Source: Nannocystis bainbridge | GTDB lineage: Bacteria; Myxococcota_A; Polyangia; Nannocystales; Nannocystaceae | Length of the DNA: 64,000 nt | NCBI RefSeq assembly: GCF_028368995.1 | Contig: NZ_JAQNDL010000003.1 | Coordinates: forward strand, 1,536,001 to 1,600,000 | Reading direction: 5' to 3' | Part shown: positions 45,650 through 57,358 of the stretch, piece by piece | Layout of the letters: each line of letters opens with the position of its first letter | Numbering within the stretch: the first letter of the stretch is position 1 | Notes under the pieces: generated by a model | What the model saw: only the letters and a program-made list of their open reading frames with translations | Database searches by the model: none | What the model was told of the DNA's origin: nothing | Translations under genes and position numbers: made by a program

Positions 45650-46610
45650 CGCGCCACCCCAGTTCCGTCTCATCAAACCTGCGCATAACGTCTGGCACAG
45701 ATCCGTAAGTGACCCGCTCCAGTCGCTCGCGCGGAAAATTATAAAAACGTGACGCGTACTGTACTTTCGCTCGCTCAAAGCGAGAGCGAGCATCCGACAT
45801 CGGCGACACAACGCGGACATTTATGGATGTCGACTTGTCTACCAAAAGCTGATGACGAAAAAAACTATCGAACAGGTAACCAAACTCTTCAGAAGTCCCT
45901 CCGTCTTGGCGGTACCAAAATGTATAGTGCACAGATTCGCCATTTCGAGACCTCATTGCAATCCAAGGCCCTGTCAGCATTTCGATACTTGCCGCTCGTG
46001 GTTCTGCGTCTTGAAGGCGAACCGAGACAAGTTCTGGATACCAGAAGCGGCAAAATTCCATACTTGGAAGGCCGCCATCTTGTCGCAACGTCTGCATGTC
46101 GCGCGCGATGCCATACAATGCCACGATTGACTGAGGTCCCAGCACCATGACCTTAGTGCGGGGAGGAAGCATAAAATCTGAAGGGTCCACTTCTGAAAAC
46201 AGACTGGTAAAAAGATCCTTCTCGTAGCTTAGCGAGTGATCATAAACGAACAGCATACCCGCGATGTTATTCTCGGCGATTTCCGCCACGTACTTCTCTT
46301 TCCAACCTGAGCCCCGACTCGCACATTTAATCGTATCGCACAGGTTATTCAACGCGCCCTTGATCTTTGCCTTCTGGATCGTTGACGCGGCATAGCTTTT
46401 TAGATCCGTAATGACATACACTTCGCGATCTCGATTATAGGGATCATCATATTTGAATACGACATCAGTCGGGTGCTCGTCGCGGTTATGGCTCTCGGTG
46501 ACACAAGCCCAGTGGCTATCAACGGGTCCAATCCTCTCCCATCCGAATCGCGAAAAAATCTCGGCCGAGATTTTTTCGGCCATGAGAGCGATATTGCTGG
46601 TTTCTCCCAC
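45642..46610 (-). CDS. Low-GC PD-(D/E)xK-like nuclease (GAPS4a-like)
   Basis: MGE.....AE......F..FGW, HPTDVVFKYDDPY, DLKSY and GMLFVY. GC is clearly lower than the flanks. Family call is from memory. Confidence 0.65.
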   Translation of the reverse strand: MGETSNIALMAEKISAEIFSRFGWERIGPVDSHWACVTESHNRDEHPTDVVFKYDDPYNRDREVYVITDLKSYAASTIQKAKIKGALNNLCDTIKCASRGSGWKEKYVAEIAENNIAGMLFVYDHSLSYEKDLFTSLFSEVDPSDFMLPPRTKVMVLGPQSIVALYGIARDMQTLRQDGGLPSMEFCRFWYPELVSVRLQDAEPRAASIEMLTGPWIAMRSRNGESVHYTFWYRQDGGTSEEFGYLFDSFFRHQLLVDKSTSINVRVVSPMSDARSRFERAKVQYASRFYNFPRERLERVTYGSVPDVMRRFDETELGWRDG

Positions 46611-46699
46611 CCTGGGGGCGAGATTACCCAGGTTCAGGTCAGCAGGTCAAGACGGTAGGGAGTGGGCCTGATTTCGCACCGCCTCCCCCGTCGAGCTCG

Positions 46700-48148
46700 C
46701 TACCCGCCGATCTCGCGCTTGAGCGTCTTCCGCGTCTTCTCGCCGTACGGCGGCTTCAGCCCTGCCAGCCCCGCGATGTCCAGCTTCGGCTGGCGGTAGA
46801 TCCCCTTCGCGTGGCTGAATGTTTTAAAGCCGTCGAAGCCGTGGTAGCTGCCCATGCCTGACGGGCCGATGCCGCCGAACGGCAGGTCTTCGGGGACCCC
46901 GTGGAAGATGACGTCGTTGAGCGTCACCCCGCCCGAGACCGTGCGCTCGACCACCCGGCGCTCCTCGTCGGCGTCGTCGCCGAAGTAGTAGAGGGCCAGC
47001 GGCCGCTCGCCCGCGTTCACGTACGCGATCGCCTCCTCCACGCGGTCGTACGGCACGATCGGCAGGATCGGCCCGAAGATCTCCTCGCGGGTCAGCCGCA
47101 TCTCCGGCTTCGTGTTGCGGACCAGGTGCAGCGGCATCTTGTTGCTGCCCGCGCTGGCGAAGTCCTCGTTGGCCGGGTTGATGGCGATCACCTCGGCGCC
47201 CTGGGCCCTCGCGTCCTCGAGCAGGCCCTGCAGGCGCTCGCGGTGGCGGCCGTCGACGATCGACGTGTAATCGTCGTTGCTGAGCATCGTCGGGTACAGG
47301 CGCGCGACCGCCTGCTGCAGCGCGGCGACGATCGCCGGCTCCTTGCTGCGCGGCACCAGCATGTAGTCGGGCGCGAGGCAGACCTGGCCGGCGTTGAGCA
47401 GCTTGCCCGTGACCACGCGCTCGCTCGCGCGGGCGACGTCGGCGGTCTCGCCGACGATCACGGGCGACTTGCCGCCCAGCTCGAGCGTCGTCGGCACCAG
47501 GTTGTCGGCAGCGGCGTGGAGGATGTGGCGGGCGATGCCGGTGCCGCCGGTGAAGATCAGGTGGTCGAACGGCAGGCCGGCGAACGCCTTGCCGATGTCG
47601 GTGCCGCCGAGGATGAACGCGAGCTCGTGCTCGGGGAAGAACTTGGTCGCCAGCTCGCGCATCAGCTCGGCGGTGCGCGGCGTGTGCTCCGACGGCTTGA
47701 CCATCGCTCGGTTGCCGGCGGCGAAGATCTGCGCCAGCGGATCGAAGGTCAGGTAGACCGGGAAATTCCACGGCGAGATGACGCCGACCACGCCCTTCGG
47801 CTGGTGCTCGACGTGGGCCCGCGCGCCCAGCAGGCCGAGCGGGAAGTCGAGCTTGCGCTTCTCCGGCTTCATCCACCGGTCGACGTGGGCCAGCGCGTGC
47901 CGCAGCGCCTTCACCGACGCCATGATGTCGGTGATCGTCGACTGCGTGGCCGAGCGGTGGCCGAAGTCGGCCGACAGCGCCTGCGTCAGCCGGTCCTGAT
48001 TGCCGACCACGAGGTCGATCGCGCGCCGCAGCCGGTCCTTGCGGATCGCCGCGCTCACCGGCAGCTCGGCGGTGAACGCCTCGCGCTGGCGTCGCAGGAC
48101 GTCGCGCATGTGCGCCAGGATCGTTTCGTCGCTCGAGTGATTCTCCAT
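46700..48148 (-). CDS. Aldehyde dehydrogenase (coniferyl/fatty aldehyde type)
   Basis: ISPWNFP, KPSE, FTGG, LELGGKSP, GQVCLAPDY and EEIFGP. Confidence 0.96.
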   Translation of the reverse strand: MENHSSDETILAHMRDVLRRQREAFTAELPVSAAIRKDRLRRAIDLVVGNQDRLTQALSADFGHRSATQSTITDIMASVKALRHALAHVDRWMKPEKRKLDFPLGLLGARAHVEHQPKGVVGVISPWNFPVYLTFDPLAQIFAAGNRAMVKPSEHTPRTAELMRELATKFFPEHELAFILGGTDIGKAFAGLPFDHLIFTGGTGIARHILHAAADNLVPTTLELGGKSPVIVGETADVARASERVVTGKLLNAGQVCLAPDYMLVPRSKEPAIVAALQQAVARLYPTMLSNDDYTSIVDGRHRERLQGLLEDARAQGAEVIAINPANEDFASAGSNKMPLHLVRNTKPEMRLTREEIFGPILPIVPYDRVEEAIAYVNAGERPLALYYFGDDADEERRVVERTVSGGVTLNDVIFHGVPEDLPFGGIGPSGMGSYHGFDGFKTFSHAKGIYRQPKLDIAGLAGLKPPYGEKTRKTLKREIGG

Positions 48149-48272
48149 GGTGCTCTCCTCGCTGCTTCAGGTCCGACGCCCGCGTCGCGCGGTCGGGGTC
48201 CCCAGGGTCTCGCGCCGCCGCGACGACTTCAACCACTGTTCACCGCGCCGCGGCGCGTTCGCCTCCGCCACC

Positions 48273-49829
48273 TCAGCTGACCGCCCGCTCGCGCCCGTGC
48301 CAGAACGGCGCCCGCAGCTCGCGCTTGAGCAGCTTGCCGGTCGGCGTGCGCGGCAGCGCGGCGACCACCGACACGCCGACGGGGACCTTGAACTTGGCCA
48401 GGTGCTGGCGCGCGAACGCCTGCAGCTCCTGCGGGTCGACCGTCGCGCCGGGCCTGGCGACGACCACCGCGAACGGCGACTCGCCCCACACGTCCGACGG
48501 GACGCCGATCACCGCCGCGTCGGCGACGGCCGGGTGCTTCATCAGGATGTTCTCGACCTCGGCCGGATAGATGTTTTCGCCGCCCGAGATGATCATGTCC
48601 TTGACGCGGTCGTGGATGTAGACATAACCGTCGTCGTCGAAGTAGCCGATGTCGCCGGTCCGCAGCCAGCCGTCGACGTTGATCGCCGCCGCGGTGCCCT
48701 CGGCGTTGCGCCAATAGCCGACCATGTTCTGCTGCGATCGGGTCCAGATCTCCCCCGGCACCCCGACCGGCATCTCGGCCCCGCTGTCGGGCGCGACGAT
48801 CTTCAGCTCGACCCCGTCGTGCGGCTTGCCGGCCGCGCGCAGGCGGTGGCGATGCGGCCCCTGCGGATCGTGGTCCTCCGGCGGCAGCGTCACGATCGCC
48901 CCGGTCGTCTCGGTCAGCCCGTACGCCTGGGCGAACTTGCAGCCCATCCGCCGCACCGCCCCGGCCAGCACCGACTCGCTGATCGGCGACGCGCCGTAGA
49001 CGATCAGCTCGAGGCTCGAGAAGTCGCCGGTGGCCGCCGCCGGCACCTGCTGCATGAAGTGCAGCAGCACCGGCACGAGGAACGCGTGGCTGATCCTGTG
49101 CTCGCCGATCACGCGAATCAGGCCCGTCGGATCGACGTCGCGCACCACCACCGACTTGCAGCCGTGGAACATGCCGACCATCGCCCAGCCGCCGCCGCCG
49201 ACGTGGAACAGCGGCAGCGCGATCAGGTTGACCGAGCCGGCGTCGACGCCCCACTTCTGCGACGAAGTCGGCAGCAGGCCGAACACGTTGTCGTGGCTGA
49301 GCAGCACGCCCTTCGGGTCGCCGGTCGTGCCCGAGGAGTAGAACTGGAACGCGACGTCGCTGCCGCGGATCGTCACATCCGGGTCGACGTCGGCGCCGCC
49401 GTCGCGCCAGGCCGCGTACGACGGCTGCGCCGCGTCGCCGCCGATCACCAGCAGCGTGTGCACCGTCTCGAGCGCGCCGGCCAGCTCCGCCGCCAGCGGC
49501 AGGAACTCGGCGCCGACCACGAACACCCGCGCCTCGGCGTCGTTGACGATGAAGCCGACCTCGCGCGCGGTCAGGCGAAAGTTGACCGCGACCAGCACCG
49601 CCCCGAGCTTGGCGGTGGCGAACAGCAGCTCGAAGTACTCGAGCCCGTTCTTGTCGAGGAAGGCGACGCGGTCGCCGAAGCCGACCCCGACCCGGCGCAA
49701 GGCGTCGGCGACCCGGTTCGAGCGCGCGTGCAGCTCGGCCCAGGTCAGGCTCTGCGCGCCGCACACGAGCGCGACCGCGTCGGGGCGCTCGGCGGCGTGG
49801 GTACGGATCACGGACGAGATCGTGGTCAT
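48273..49829 (-). CDS. Long-chain acyl-CoA synthetase
   Basis: YSSGTTGDPKG, YGLTE, TGDIG, DRVKDMIISGGENIYP and TGKLLK. Confidence 0.95.
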   Translation of the reverse strand: MTTISSVIRTHAAERPDAVALVCGAQSLTWAELHARSNRVADALRRVGVGFGDRVAFLDKNGLEYFELLFATAKLGAVLVAVNFRLTAREVGFIVNDAEARVFVVGAEFLPLAAELAGALETVHTLLVIGGDAAQPSYAAWRDGGADVDPDVTIRGSDVAFQFYSSGTTGDPKGVLLSHDNVFGLLPTSSQKWGVDAGSVNLIALPLFHVGGGGWAMVGMFHGCKSVVVRDVDPTGLIRVIGEHRISHAFLVPVLLHFMQQVPAAATGDFSSLELIVYGASPISESVLAGAVRRMGCKFAQAYGLTETTGAIVTLPPEDHDPQGPHRHRLRAAGKPHDGVELKIVAPDSGAEMPVGVPGEIWTRSQQNMVGYWRNAEGTAAAINVDGWLRTGDIGYFDDDGYVYIHDRVKDMIISGGENIYPAEVENILMKHPAVADAAVIGVPSDVWGESPFAVVVARPGATVDPQELQAFARQHLAKFKVPVGVSVVAALPRTPTGKLLKRELRAPFWHGRERAVS

Positions 49830-49842
49830 GTCGAACCTCCAT

Positions 49843-50316
49843 TCACGGCGACGGCAGCCGGCGCAGGAAGAAGAACAGCGGCGCCGCGTCGCCCTTGCGG
49901 TCCATGACGCCGAGCACCCGGCCTTCGTCGATCTTTCGGAAGTGATCGAAGATCGGGTGCCGGTCGTAGATCATGGTAGCGGTCACGACCCCGCGGTAGA
50001 CCACGCGCCGCAGCGAGGCCTTGCCGAGGACCGCATTGGCCACACGCCGCCCGCCCTCGTCGCGGCTGACGATCGGGTCGACGTCGTTATCATGGTGGAA
50101 CGTCTTGCCGACCCAGCCGACCGCCGTCAGTTGCTGCTCACCCGGGTGGCCGGTGTGCAGCACCCCGCCCTCCCAGTCGCCGCGCAGGAACGCGGTGTCG
50201 TCGATCGGCGGCAGGGCGTCGAACAGCGCGTGCAGGGCGTCGGCGGTGCTATCACCGCCGCCGGCGATCAGCTCGTCGAGCGCGCTCGTGGCATTCATGG
50301 CAGTCTCCCTCGTCAT
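49843..50316 (-). CDS. GXWXG / DUF4334 domain protein
   Basis: GDWEG, WVGKTF and TATMIYDRHPIFDHFRK. Confidence 0.85.
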   Translation of the reverse strand: MTRETAMNATSALDELIAGGGDSTADALHALFDALPPIDDTAFLRGDWEGGVLHTGHPGEQQLTAVGWVGKTFHHDNDVDPIVSRDEGGRRVANAVLGKASLRRVVYRGVVTATMIYDRHPIFDHFRKIDEGRVLGVMDRKGDAAPLFFFLRRLPSP

Positions 50317-51404
50317 GTCATTCGCAGGACCGGCTTGATGACCCGCCCGGCCAGCATGTCGGCCGCGGCCTCGTTGATCTGTTCAAAAGGATAGGTGGTG
50401 ACGAGCTGCTCGAGCGGCAGCTCGCCGCGCCGGTACCAGTCGTAGAGCCGCGGGATGAAGGTGCGCGGGTCGGCGTCGCCCTCGATGGTGCCGCGCAGGC
50501 TGCGGCCGCTGGCCATCAGGCGATTGAGGTCGAGCGTCAGGCTGGCCCCCCGCGCGCTCAACCCGGCCAGCACGATCCGCCCGCGCGGACGCAGCGCCCC
50601 GTAAGCGGCCTCGATCACCTCCGGCCGCCCGGTGTTGTCGAACGCCAGCGTCAACCCGCCGAGCCGCTTGAGCGCCGCCACGAGGTCGCCCTGCGCGCTG
50701 TCGACGACCTCGGTGGCCCCGAGCGCGCGCGCCGTGTCGAGCCGCCCGGCGCGCACGTCGACGGCGACGATGCGCTCGCAGCCGACGATCCTGGCCGCCA
50801 TGATCGCCGCCAGGCCGACGGTGCCGCAGCCGAACACGCCGATCGTATCGTCCGGCTCGGCCCTCAGCACGTTGACCACCGCCCCGGCGCCCGTCTGCAC
50901 GCCGCACCCGAGCGAGGTCATGAGCGGGCCCGGGAGGTCGTCGCCGAGGCTCACGAGGTTGTGCGCGGCCGCGATCGCGTGGCTGGCGAACGCCGACTGG
51001 CCGAAAAAATGCCCGGTGAGCGGAAGGCCCGCCTGCGAGGCCGGCGAGGAGCCGTCGAGGCGGCGGCCGAACAGGTTGAAGTCGCGCGAATGTCGACAGT
51101 ACGCCGGCGCCTCGCTCGCGCAACTGGTGCAGCGACCGCACGCGCCGAAGCTCATCACCACCCGCTCGCCGACGGCGAAGCGGGTGACGCCGTCGCCGAG
51201 CGCGACGATCCGGCCGACGCCCTCGTGCCCGAGCACGGCCGGCAGCGGGGTGCCGTAGTCGTGATCCTTGGCAGAGAGGTCGGTGTGGCAGATCCCACAA
51301 GCCTCGACCTCGACCAAAACTTCATCGGCGCGCGGCCCGTCGAGCTCGACCTCTTCGATGCGGAACGGCTCGCGCGCACGCGCGACGGCGGCGCGGATCT
51401 TCAT
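50313..51404 (-). CDS. Zn-dependent alcohol dehydrogenase (aryl/geraniol dehydrogenase-like)
   Basis: GICHTD, GHEG, CGRCTSC...C, GCGVQTGAG and GCGTVG. Start overlaps the upstream stop. Confidence 0.94.
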   Translation of the reverse strand: MKIRAAVARAREPFRIEEVELDGPRADEVLVEVEACGICHTDLSAKDHDYGTPLPAVLGHEGVGRIVALGDGVTRFAVGERVVMSFGACGRCTSCASEAPAYCRHSRDFNLFGRRLDGSSPASQAGLPLTGHFFGQSAFASHAIAAAHNLVSLGDDLPGPLMTSLGCGVQTGAGAVVNVLRAEPDDTIGVFGCGTVGLAAIMAARIVGCERIVAVDVRAGRLDTARALGATEVVDSAQGDLVAALKRLGGLTLAFDNTGRPEVIEAAYGALRPRGRIVLAGLSARGASLTLDLNRLMASGRSLRGTIEGDADPRTFIPRLYDWYRRGELPLEQLVTTYPFEQINEAAADMLAGRVIKPVLRMT

Positions 51405-52564
51405 GCGGTAGCACCGATCCTGCCGAGCAGCCGATCGGCCAGCACGGCCCGCTGATGGGCCGCGTCGCCGTAAAGCACCTCGTTGTGCCGCTGCCGCTTG
51501 AACCACAGCTGAACGAAACACTCCCAGGTGAAGCCGATCCCGCCGTGCAGCTGCACCGACCGGTCCGAGCAATACGCCGCCGCGTCGCTCGCCGCCGCCT
51601 TGGCCATGCGCGCGCACACCTCCGCGCTCTCGGGCTCGTGGTCGAACGCGCAGGCCGCGTCGTAGACCAGCGAGCGGGCCGCGTCGAGCTGGACCATCAT
51701 GTCGACGAGCGGGTGCTTGACCGCCTGAAAGAACCCGATCGGCCGCTCGAACTGGACCCGCGTGCGCGCATACTCGGCCGTGGTCTGCAGCTGCCACTCG
51801 CCCGCGCCGACCATGTCGGCGGCGATGATCGTCAAGATCGCCGGCTCGGCCGCGACCAGCGCGCGCGCACCATCGCCGGGGCTCGCCAGCACCTGGGCGG
51901 GCACGACCTCGCGCAGCACGACGTGGGCCTGATCGCGCGTGAGGTCGAGGATCGCGTCCTGCACGATCGTCACGCCGGTGGCGTCGACCTCGACGAGGTA
52001 GAGCCCGAGCCCCTGCGCCGACCTGGCCTTGACGATCAGCGCCCCGACCTTGCCGGCGTCCTGCACGAACCACGCGGTGCCGCTCAATCGACCGTTCGCG
52101 TCGACGGTGACCTCGGTGTGCTCCGCCTCCCACGAGCCGCGCCGGTCGGTCCCGGCCAGGCTGACCGAAAGGCCAGCCGCGATCCGCCGCAACAATTCGT
52201 CGGCCGCCGGCCCGCAGGCGAGCGCGACGTAGGTGGCGCACAGGGTCACGATCAGGGGCGACGGCGCCGCCGCGCGCCCGAGCTCTTCGACCAGCCCGGC
52301 GATCGCCACCAGGCCCATGCCGAACCCGCCGAGGCGCTCGGGCACCGCCACGGCCGTCCAGCCGAGGTCGAGCATGCGGCGCCACAGCGCCTCGTCCCAC
52401 ACGCACTCCGAGGCGCGCGCCGGCCCGGCGTCGAGGGCCACCAGCCGGTGCAGGGCCTCGGGCGCGCAATGGTCTTGCAGCAATCGCCGCGCCGTGCCCT
52501 TGAGGATCTGCGCCGTCTCGTCGAAGCCGAAGTCGTGCGGTCGGGTCATCGTGGCTCTTTTCAC
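51401..52564 (-). CDS. Acyl-CoA dehydrogenase (probable second subunit of a heteromeric pair)
   Basis: RVQFERPIGFFQAVKH and QLHGGIGFTWE; lacks the canonical SEPxAGSD. Confidence 0.9.
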   Translation of the reverse strand: MKRATMTRPHDFGFDETAQILKGTARRLLQDHCAPEALHRLVALDAGPARASECVWDEALWRRMLDLGWTAVAVPERLGGFGMGLVAIAGLVEELGRAAAPSPLIVTLCATYVALACGPAADELLRRIAAGLSVSLAGTDRRGSWEAEHTEVTVDANGRLSGTAWFVQDAGKVGALIVKARSAQGLGLYLVEVDATGVTIVQDAILDLTRDQAHVVLREVVPAQVLASPGDGARALVAAEPAILTIIAADMVGAGEWQLQTTAEYARTRVQFERPIGFFQAVKHPLVDMMVQLDAARSLVYDAACAFDHEPESAEVCARMAKAAASDAAAYCSDRSVQLHGGIGFTWECFVQLWFKRQRHNEVLYGDAAHQRAVLADRLLGRIGATA

Positions 52565-53793
52565 TTCGACTTGGCCAGGCGGAGCACGCGCTCGCCGAGG
52601 ATGTTGCGCTGGACCTCGTTCGAGCCGGCGGCGATCGTGAAGCCGAACGAGTTCATGTAGGCGTGCGGCCAGCGACCGCCGGCCGGCGCGTTCGGATCGG
52701 TCTGGTGCAGCGTCGCCGCCATGCCCTCGATCTCGCAGGCCAGCCGCGCGGTGTCTTGCAACAATTCGGAGAGCGTCAACTTGTGCTGCAGCGGCAGCCG
52801 CAGCGGGTGATCGACCAGCGCCGGCACGGCCGCGCGCCGCTCGTTCTGCGCGAACGCCCGCTCGCGGATCAGCATCTTCACGATCGCGTCGCGCAGCCGC
52901 GGATCGTCGCTCGCCGGCTTGCCGTGGCGATACGATCGCTTCGCCAATTCGACCAGCCCCGCCGCGCCGAGCGTCGTCTCACTGTCGTCACCGAGCCCGC
53001 CGCCGGCCGACGGCGTCACCAGCGAGCCGGCCCCGCGCTCGTGCAGCAGCGTCGTCATCGCCACCGCCCAGCCGCGCCCGACCTCGTCGAGCCGCAGGTC
53101 GTCGGCGATCGGGTAGTCCTCGAAGAAGACCTCGTTGAAGCCGAGCTCGCCGGTCATCTTGACCAGCGGGCGGATCGTGACCCCGCGGCCGACGCCGTCG
53201 CGGATCGGCGCAACGAAGTAGGTCATGCCGTCGTGCTTGCGCGCGCGGTCGGTGCGGCACAGCAAGATCATCCACGTGGCAAAGTGCGCCAGCGTCGTCC
53301 ACACCTTGTGGCCGTTGACGCGCCAGCCCTCGCCGTCGCGTTCGGCCAGCGCCTGCACGTTGGCGAGGTCGGAGCCGGCCCCCGGCTCGCTGAAGCCCTG
53401 ACACCAGATCTCGTCGGCCGCGAACAGCGGCGGCAACAGGCGCCGCTTCTGCGCCTCGGTGCCGTGGTGGAAGATCGTCGGCGCCGCCATGCCGAGGCCG
53501 ACGATGTTGGGGAAGAACGGCGCGCCGGCGGCCTTGAGCTCGTGATTGGCGATCCACTGGCAATCGCGCAGGCCACCGCCGCCGTACTCGCGCGGATAGT
53601 CGCAGCCGACCAGCCCGGCCGCGTGGGCCGCCTTTTGCCAGGCGCACAGGTACTCGAGCTGCTCGCGCGTGGCGATCTCGAGCGGCCCGAGCGGCAGGCG
53701 AAAGCCCGGCCGCGGCGGCAGGCCGCTGGCCAGCCACGCCTTGCAGTGGGCGCGGAAGGCCGCCTGTTCGGAGCTCTCGCTGGATTGGTTCAT
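52561..53793 (-). CDS. Acyl-CoA dehydrogenase (probable catalytic subunit of a heteromeric pair)
   Basis: WCQGFSEPGAGSDLA, FNEVFF and TIAAGSNEVQRNILGERVL. Confidence 0.93.
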   Translation of the reverse strand: MNQSSESSEQAAFRAHCKAWLASGLPPRPGFRLPLGPLEIATREQLEYLCAWQKAAHAAGLVGCDYPREYGGGGLRDCQWIANHELKAAGAPFFPNIVGLGMAAPTIFHHGTEAQKRRLLPPLFAADEIWCQGFSEPGAGSDLANVQALAERDGEGWRVNGHKVWTTLAHFATWMILLCRTDRARKHDGMTYFVAPIRDGVGRGVTIRPLVKMTGELGFNEVFFEDYPIADDLRLDEVGRGWAVAMTTLLHERGAGSLVTPSAGGGLGDDSETTLGAAGLVELAKRSYRHGKPASDDPRLRDAIVKMLIRERAFAQNERRAAVPALVDHPLRLPLQHKLTLSELLQDTARLACEIEGMAATLHQTDPNAPAGGRWPHAYMNSFGFTIAAGSNEVQRNILGERVLRLAKSK

Positions 53794-54953
53794 CGGCTCA
53801 GCCTGCGGTCGTCGAGTCCCAGTCGTCGGCCGATGATCTCGGCCATGATCTCGCTGGTGCCGCCGAAGATGCGGGTCACCCGCGCGTCGCGGTACATGCG
53901 ACTGATGCGGTACTCCTCCATGTAACCGGCGCCGCCGTGCAGCTGCAGGCAGTCGTCGATCACCCGGCCTTCGAGCTCGGTCGCCAGCATCTTCGCCCCG
54001 CTGGCGACCTCGGCCGACAGCGCCCCCGCGTTGGCCAGCATCACGCAGTGGTCGACGTGGCTCTGCATCGCGTCGAGCTCGGCGCGCATGCGGGCCATGC
54101 GAAACCGCGGGTCCTGGAACGTGCCGATCGGTCGACCGAACGCGGTGCGCTGCTTGACGAACTCGAGCGTCACGTCGAAGGCGACCTGGGCGTGGGCGAT
54201 CGCGCCGATGGCGATCTGCAGCCGCTCGACCGCCAGCGCCTGCATCAAATAGCGAAAGCCCTGGCCCGGGTCGCCGAGCACGTTGTGCTTCGGCACGACC
54301 ACGCCTTCAAAGAACATCTCCGCGGTGTCCTGGGCGTCGAGGCCCAGCTTGTCGAGCTTGCGTCCGCGCCCGAACCCCGCCATTCCCTCTTCTACCACGA
54401 ACAGCCCGATCGCGCGGTCCGAGCCGCGGCCGGTCCTGGCGGCGACGATCACCACGTCCGCCAGCAGCCCGTTCGAGATGTACGTCTTCGAGCCGCTCAG
54501 GACCCAGTGGCCTGCGTGCTCCTCGGCGCGGGCCTGCATGCCCGCGAGGTCGGAGCCGGCGGCCGGCTCCGACATCGCCACCGCCAGGATCGTCTCGCCG
54601 CGGACCGCCGGCGGCAGCCACCGCGCCTTTTGCTCGGCGGTCCCGTGCTGACCGATGTACGGCGCCACCACCCGCGAGTGCAGCGTCAGACACAGCCCCG
54701 GGTCGCCGTGCAGGAAGTTCTCCTCCTGCACGATCTGCTCGTAGCGCATGTCCTCGAGCCCGAGCCCGCCGTACTGCTCGGGCGCCCACATCAGCAAGTA
54801 ACCCTGTTCACCGGCCTTGTGGAAGATCGCGCGGTCGACCATGCCTTGCCGGCGCCAGCGTTCGACGTGGGGGGTCGCCTCCGCGCGGAAGAACTTGCGG
54901 ACCGCCGCGCGGAAGATCTCGTGTTCGGGCTCGAAGATCGTTCTTGGGGTCAT
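53790..54953 (-). CDS. Long-chain acyl-CoA dehydrogenase
   Basis: AMSEPAAGSDL, QDTAEMFF, QLHGGAGYMEEY and RIFGGTSE. Confidence 0.95.
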   Translation of the reverse strand: MTPRTIFEPEHEIFRAAVRKFFRAEATPHVERWRRQGMVDRAIFHKAGEQGYLLMWAPEQYGGLGLEDMRYEQIVQEENFLHGDPGLCLTLHSRVVAPYIGQHGTAEQKARWLPPAVRGETILAVAMSEPAAGSDLAGMQARAEEHAGHWVLSGSKTYISNGLLADVVIVAARTGRGSDRAIGLFVVEEGMAGFGRGRKLDKLGLDAQDTAEMFFEGVVVPKHNVLGDPGQGFRYLMQALAVERLQIAIGAIAHAQVAFDVTLEFVKQRTAFGRPIGTFQDPRFRMARMRAELDAMQSHVDHCVMLANAGALSAEVASGAKMLATELEGRVIDDCLQLHGGAGYMEEYRISRMYRDARVTRIFGGTSEIMAEIIGRRLGLDDRRLSR

Positions 54954-54963
54954 CGCACCGCAC

Positions 54964-56988
<2,025 letters not shown>

Positions 56989-57130
56989 GCTGCCTCCTGT
57001 CTGGCGTCGAATCACCCCTCGCCTCGAAGTCGCTCTACTTCGCGCCCAGGCCCATCCGACGATCTGTGGTTCGTATGTTTCCCAGCAACCTCGGGCTCAA
57101 AAGCGCTCCGGCCTGCGCGTCCATGGCTTT

Positions 57131-57186
57131 GAAATCACTCGAGATTTCGTCGCCGGATCCACTTACTTGCTGGCGACTAGCAAGTA
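57131..57186. promoter_or_regulatory. Two inverted repeats in the roxA/DUF3556 divergent promoter
   Basis: GAAATC-N6-GATTTC (57131-57148) and TACTTGCT-N7-AGCAAGTA (57164-57186). Confidence 0.55.
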
Positions 57187-57358
57187 TACAGATGGCGCCA
57201 TGGAGCGTCAAGCGGGCTCCATGGCGCGGTTTCGCCCGCCGAGAGTTCGCCGAGAGGTGCCCCGGTCGAGGCGTCGTGCGACCCCGCCTGAGGCCGCGAA
57301 TGCGGTGAATCGCCGGCTTCCACCCGGCCCGCGCGCGCGGCTATGATCGCGTGAATCG

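Noticed and set aside
44466-46699. IS, integron or prophage carrying the low-GC cassette
   Set aside because: No transposase, integrase, terminal inverted repeat, target duplication or tRNA found at the borders.
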